In this document: positions 57,547 through 64,000 of the stretch, in pieces
How positions within the stretch are numbered: position 1 is the stretch's first letter
Layout of the letters: the number at the start of each line of letters is the position of its first letter
The notes under the pieces: model-generated
What the model was told of the DNA's origin: nothing
Database searches by the model: none
What the model saw: the letters and a program-made list of their open reading frames with translations, nothing else
Source: Eledone cirrhosa
Taxonomy: Eukaryota
Length of the DNA: 64,000 nt
Reading direction: 5' to 3'
Assembly (NCBI GenBank): GCA_964016885.1
Contig: OZ024749.1
Span: 56,668,001-56,732,000 of the forward strand
Program-made: the position numbers and the translations under genes

Positions 57547-57557
57547 CATATATATAT
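56596..57557. repeat. (TACA)n/(TA)n microsatellite
   Basis: Directly visible. Confidence 0.95.
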
Positions 57558-58118
57558 GGTGGCTGCCAACTCGTTTTCGAGTACGGCCACTATTTTATAT
57601 CCATGTAGGAGAACCCCTACCGATGCGCTGAACGAGTGTGACTTTTTAGTCTAGCCAGCGACTTGAAAACTCTGGTACAAACACTACACTTGTGACAATT
57701 ATTGACACATAGTGCTGGGCCCATGGTACCATGTGACGACAAGTGCAGAGAGATCTCCAGATATAAAGCAATGCCTGTGCCGTGAAGCTTTTATAGTGAG
57801 CAAAGGCACTGCACAAAGCCAGTCCCACTCTCTTAACCAAGATGATATTTACCAAAAAGAAGAACAAGTCAACATCATTGGATACCATCAGCGTTGCAGG
57901 TGTTATATCAGAGTTTTCCTTCTCCTAGAATTCTGCCTTGACAAAGGCTAAGGGGTCATCTCTCCCGGTGATTTTGGATGGCCATTGACTCTTAAGAGCT
58001 CCTTTGCCCTTTTGACAGGTTTTGTTTTTAGTCCTGCAGGATGTTCAACCTGTCCCATGGTCGGGTCGTTGGCGACTAAACTGGCAACCCCACTAAGGTT
58101 TCTTGGTGAGGAGGGTGA
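57558..58118 (-). mobile_element. Possible RTE-clade LINE 5' UTR fragment
   Basis: Minus strand ctaggagaaggaaaactctgatataacacc resembles a motif I recall from RTE 5' UTRs; higher-GC island between microsatellites. Confidence 0.4.
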
Positions 58119-58256
58119 CATATATATATATACATATATATACATACATATACATACATATACATACATATACATACATATACATACATATACATACATA
58201 TACATATACATACATATATATATATATATACATATATATACATATATATATATACA

Positions 58257-58549
58257 ACAATACGGCACAATTATTTCACCTCAATCGGCCCTGCTCTCTT
58301 CAACATCACACCAGGACACGTCAAAACAGAAACTGACCACACAAAATCCAAGAAGTCTTTGGACAAATTCCTCCAAGTAATCCCGGACAAACCACCCACA
58401 CCCGGATATGTCTCCGCAAACAGTAATTCTCTTCTCGAATGGGCCATGGTGCCCAAATCCTGAATTGAAAGACTTCGCCAGGTGGTGCTATTAAGTTAGA
58501 CATGGCCTGGGCCAATACTGGCCAAAACATTTCAAAGTTATTCAAAGTC
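58257..58549 (+). mobile_element. CR1-group LINE 3' end, second subfamily
   Basis: 58257-58463 translates [54 protein letters not shown]; ttcaaagt repeat tail. Confidence 0.8.
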
Positions 58550-58755
58550 ATACATACATATACATACATATAGATACATATATATACATACATATACATA
58601 CATATATATACATACATATACATACATATATATACATACATATACATACATATAGATACATATATATACATACATATACATACATATATATATATACATA
58701 CATACATACATATACATACATATATATATATATACATATATATACATATATATAC

Positions 58756-58864
<109 letters not shown>

Positions 58865-58893
58865 CATATATATACATATATATATACATATAC

Positions 58894-58924
<31 letters not shown>

Positions 58925-58965
58925 CATATATATACATATATATATACATATATATATATACATAT

Positions 58966-59008
<43 letters not shown>

Positions 59009-59017
59009 TACATACAC

Positions 59018-59118
<101 letters not shown>

Positions 59119-59119
59119 C

Positions 59120-59190
<71 letters not shown>

Positions 59191-59240
59191 TATACATATA
59201 TATATACATACATATATACATATCTATATATATATATACA

Positions 59241-59380
59241 TAGTGGTAGAACACTGGAAGGTAATATCCGAAGTGGTAGAGCACTCAGTCCAAGGGACGA
59301 GTTAGGTAGAAGTGGTTACACAACAGTTAGTTCACCATACCGACAACAATTGTTTCACCTTCGCGGATCTTCAGCTTGGG
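59241..59380 (-). mobile_element. HH4 element with C3-G8 hammerhead core (59342-59374)
   Basis: CTGAAGA-t-cc-gcgaa-gg-t-GAAA-caattg-T; stem I not paired; tail homologous to 15928-16030. Confidence 0.7.
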
Positions 59381-59567
59381 ATGTGTTTGGTTATAGGAAC
59401 AGGAAGGACAACCGTACGAACGCGCATGCGCAGAAACTCGGTCACTTCACACAGGCAATACTAGACTGCGTGCGGGAGGTGTAAGGGAGATAACTGCGAA
59501 AGTCCGGAAAGTTTTTAGGTTGAAAATAATATATATACATACATATATATATATACTTATATATATG

Positions 59568-59635
<68 letters not shown>

Positions 59636-59709
59636 CATATACATACATACATATATATACATATATATATATATACATATATATACGTGTGTGTGTGTCA
59701 TAATTTAGT

Positions 59710-59870
59710 ATAGAAATGGGTGCAGGATTAGAACTGTTTCATTCGTATGAAATCTTCAACGAAACAGTTCTAGTCCCGTAGAAGCCATTTCTATATTAAA
59801 TTATGATCTTTACACTTTACCAATGTATTGAGTACCTTTTTTAACTGCGACTATCCCCGATTGACTCCTA
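59710..59870 (+). mobile_element. HH1 element, degenerate inverted pair plus tail
   Basis: agaactgtttcattc..gaaacagttctagtcccgta, then caatgtattgagtacct tail. Confidence 0.7.
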
Positions 59871-60723
59871 TGCATCTGTCTCATTAAATGAGAGAGAGAG
59901 AGAGAGCGAAGGAGAGAGAGAAGTAGAGAGAGAGACAGAGAGAGAGAGAGAAGTAGAGAGCGAGGCAGAGAGAGAGAGGAGAGAGAGAGAAGGAGAGAGA
60001 GAGAGAGAGAAAGACATCTAGATGGTAATATAATATGAAGTTTATGGAGACTGTGTGTGCGGGGATATGCGCGCGTGTGTGTGCGTGTTTATGCATGTAT
60101 AGGTTATGTCTGTATGTGTTTGTATATGTATATATACGTGTGTGTGTATCTTTGTGTGTGTGTATGTATATGTATATAAGTATATATGTATTAATATCTG
60201 TATGTATGTTTCTGTGTGCATATGTATTATGTATGTATATGTGTGTGTTTATGTATGTATATGTGTGTGTTTATGTATGTATATGTGTGTGTTTATGTAT
60301 ATATGTATGTCCATGTGATAGAGAGTCACTCTGTATTAGGCTTAACACTTGGCAAAAGAACGTCTTGGGCAGAATTGGTTCCAGCTTCCATTGATAGAAT
60401 CAGTGGAAATACATTGAGTGGTACAAGACACTTAGACTGAAGAGAGAACATTACATGTATGAGACATAGAGAGGGGAAGGGGGGAGGGAGAGAGAGGGGA
60501 GGGAGGGAGAAGGAGGGAGAGAGAGGGAGAGGGAGGGGTAGATAGGGAGGAGGTAGAGAGTGAGGGAGAGAGGCGGAGAGATAGGTGAGAGAAAGACAAA
60601 GAAACAAAAAGACAGAGAAAAAGAATGGGACAGTGAAAGAGAGGCAGAGAACGAGAGAGAGAGACAAAGACAGAGGAAGAGAGACATCTATACAGAGAGA
60701 GAGAGAAAGAGAGAGAGAGAGGG

Positions 60724-60826
<103 letters not shown>

Positions 60827-60872
60827 GAGAGAGAGAGAGAGAGGGAGAGGGAGAGAGAGAGAGAGAGAAAGG

Positions 60873-60908
<36 letters not shown>

Positions 60909-60917
60909 GAGAGAGAA

Positions 60918-60964
<47 letters not shown>

Positions 60965-61466
60965 AGTTGTTAGCTTTGTTTGAAAAGTTTTCTATCTTAA
61001 TAGCTTTTTTTCCTTCCTTTTTCTTCTCCACCTTCGTCTTTCATCTCATCTCCCTTTTTTACATTCTCCTGCAATACCTTCTCTCTTTTTCCTCCTCCTC
61101 TTCGTTCCCATTATCCCCTTCCTCCTCCTTCCCTCTCACCTATTCTTCATTCATTCTCATTCTATTTCTTTCAATCTTATTTCTTTCTCGTCGAATTTAT
61201 CATATTTTAATTATTGTTCCATAATTCACATCGTTCTGTTACCACTCCCTCTTCCTCCCCCTCCCCTCTTAATCCTCAACTCCTCTCACTTATTCCCTCG
61301 TCTCCCCCACTTATTCCTCAACTCCCCCCCTCTTACTCCTCAACTCTCACCCCCCCCCCTCTTTTCCTCATCCATCTCTAAATTCTTCATTCGTTCTTTT
61401 AAATTTTTATTATTCATTATATCGAAAGGGGAGGATAGAGAGGTATAAGGAGTGAGGAAAGGTAAA

Positions 61467-62105
61467 AAATAGTTCCATTATCACTTTGATATTATCATAA
61501 TATATGTGATATAGTCAAATAGTTCGATTATCACTTTGATATTATCATAATATATGTGATATAGTCAAATAGTTCCATTATCACTTTGATATTATTATAA
61601 TATATGTGATATAGTCAAATAGTTCGATTATCACTTTGATATTATCATAATATATGTGATATAGTCAAATAGTTTCATTATCACTTTGATATTATTATAA
61701 TATATGTGATATAGTCAAATAGTTCCATTATCACTTTGATATTATTATAATATATGTGATATAGTCAAATAGTTCCATTATCACTTTGATATTATCATAA
61801 TATATGTGACATAGTCAAATAGTTCCATTATCACTTTGATATTATTATATATATGACATGGTCAAATTGTTACATTATCACTTTAATAATATTATATATG
61901 TGACATAGTCAAATTGTTACATTATCACTTTGATATTATATATATATGTGACATAGTCAAATAGTTCCATTATCACTTTGATAATATTATATATGTGACA
62001 TAGTCAAATAGTTCCATTATCACTTTAATAATATTATATATGTGACATAGTCAAATTGTTACATTATCACTTTGATATTATATATATATGTGACATAGTC
62101 AAATT
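61467..62105. repeat. 50-bp AT-rich minisatellite, ~13 units
   Basis: aaatagttccattatcactttgatattatcataatatatgtgatatagtc; later units shorter. Confidence 0.95.
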
Positions 62106-62359
62106 GCTCAAACACATCTCAGCTCTCTGACGGAAGATTCCGCAATTTGTTTAATTGTTTTATACTTGTTAATTAAGGGATTGCAAGTGAATAGCATGTG
62201 TCCCCAGTGTCCCCATTCGTTGAGAAGACATGCTAAGCTACAACAGATTATATGTTTCAGCTGAGAGTGTCATATTTTATATTCTCAGAAACATTATTGC
62301 AATAGAAAATATCCAGTATTTAAAAAAATATGTACAATAGACATAGCAATACAGAGAAG

Positions 62360-62630
62360 AAACTAAGAGGAAAAGGATGAAAATAAGAGGAAAGAGATGA
62401 AAATAAGAGGAAAGAGATGAAAATAAGAGGAAATAGATGAAAATAAGAGGAAATAGATGAAAATAAGAGGAAAGGGATGAAAATAAGAGGAAATAGATGA
62501 AAATAAGAGGAAATAGATGAAAATAAGAGGAAAGAGATGAAAATACGAGGAAAGAGATGAAAATAAGATGAAAGAGATGAAAATAAGAGGAAATAGATGA
62601 AAATAAGAGGAAATAGATGAAAATAAGAGA
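62360..62630. repeat. 20-bp purine-rich minisatellite, ~13 units
   Basis: aaataagaggaaa(t/g)agatga. Confidence 0.95.
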
Positions 62631-63013
62631 GAATTAAGCTCGAAGAAACGAGCAAGGGTCACCTCCCGCCGTAGCAATTTATTTGTGCCCTCTGTTAGGC
62701 TCTTTAGTTTTAGAAAGGTCAGAAATGTTTAATTTAAAACCTGTATGTAGAACTTTTCAATTCCAATTATTTGCGCCAAGCTGACTTTGATGTGTAAAAG
62801 TAAGGTACCATAGATTTCAAAGACTCAAGTATTTTCTCCAAGAATGTTGTAATCAAAATATTTTTATATAACATATATTTTCTTTTATTATCAATCCCGC
62901 CAGTTGTTTCGAGTGGATGAGAGGAGGAATTGTTGCTACTCGGAGTTTATTGTAGTCACAGATATTTGCCTGTATTTGTACACACACACACACACATACA
63001 TCACATCACATCA

Positions 63014-63050
<37 letters not shown>

Positions 63051-63052
63051 GT

Positions 63053-63112
63053 AGGTCCAGAAATAGCCGTCGAAACGGCTTGAGCTCTGCCGTCGGGGTT
63101 AAACATTTTCCT
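63053..63112 (+). mobile_element. HH3 element fragment (hammerhead 3' half)
   Basis: tagccgtc-GAAA-cggc-ttgagctct-gccg-TC-ggggttaaacattttcc between TA tracts. Confidence 0.75.
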
Positions 63113-63762
63113 ATATATATATATATACACACACACATATACTGTACATATACAGACAGATAGACACACAGACAGACATATACATACATTGTGGTGTGTG
63201 TCTATGCACATATGGATGCGATGTATGCATTTATTCATACATGTTAGTATGCAAATGAACATTTACGGTTCTAGATTCAAAATACATGTTGGCTTTTGTG
63301 AGCACGCGATCCTTTTGGTTGGAGATTTAAAGAATTGGCTGAGAGAAAGAAACTACACGAACGCCGTTTTGTTGCTTGGAGACGAATGAAGTGAAGACTG
63401 AAGAGTCGCAGTTAGCCGCAGGATAAAATTGTATGGCAAATATCCGGTATATGTAGTATGGTTGTTGATGTAAGGAGGTAGCAATAGAGAGGAAGATTAG
63501 GGAGAGAAACGTGGGATTAGGAAGAAAGAAAGAAGTAAGAAATAGACGGTAGAAAGAAGGAGAAAGAAGGGAAGAAATACTGAAGTAGAAAGAAAAGAAA
63601 AAATGCTGAATCAGAAGGAAAGTGAGAGAGAAAAGCAAAGAAAGGGAGATAACAAGAGAGAGAAACAAACAAAGGAGGGAATAATGAATGAATGATCCAC
63701 TAAATAAGGAAAGGGCACATAAAAATACACCTACAGTTGAAACCATTATTACATACCATAAT

Positions 63763-63983
63763 GGTGGTGGATTGGCAGTAATCGGTAGAGCATCGGACAG
63801 CATGCTTTGTGGCATAGAGTTATGGTTCTTTATGTTCTGAGTTCAAATCCTGCCGAGATTAGCTTTGCCTTTCATCCTTACAAGGTTCAATAAAATAGAA
63901 TACCAGTAACGCACTGTGGTCGATTTAATCAACTTTCCTTTCCCCTAAACTTATTATCGTTTCCCCTAAACCAGAAACCATTA
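63763..63983 (+). mobile_element. SINE family A, full length, long-tail type, possible TSD
   Basis: ggtggtggattggcagtaatcggtagag, gagttcaaatcc; ataccataa at 63753-63761 and 63988-63996. Confidence 0.9.
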
Positions 63984-64000
63984 CTGGATACCATAAATAT

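Overview
Eukaryotic, AT-rich, microsatellite-dominated non-coding DNA. The SINE and LINE families resemble those I recall from octopus, so a cephalopod origin is an inference. I can support no host protein-coding gene; nearly all long ORFs in the track are translations of (TA)n, (CA)n, (GA)n or trinucleotide repeats. Recognisable content: two tRNA-derived SINE families, a mariner-derived MITE family, CR1-type LINE 3' fragments, a possible RTE 5' UTR, and several minisatellites, one with a 7-mer higher-order repeat. The main finding is at least six families of short elements, mostly inside (TA)n tracts, carrying minimal type I hammerhead ribozyme (HHR) motifs with palindromic stem III. About 25 motifs or half-motifs were seen, roughly 10 with an intact core. 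Many are head-to-head inverted dimers, and three families use the compensatory U3-A8 core instead of C3-G8. This fits Penelope-like retroelement termini or retrozyme-like non-autonomous elements. All folding was done by eye and activity is untested.
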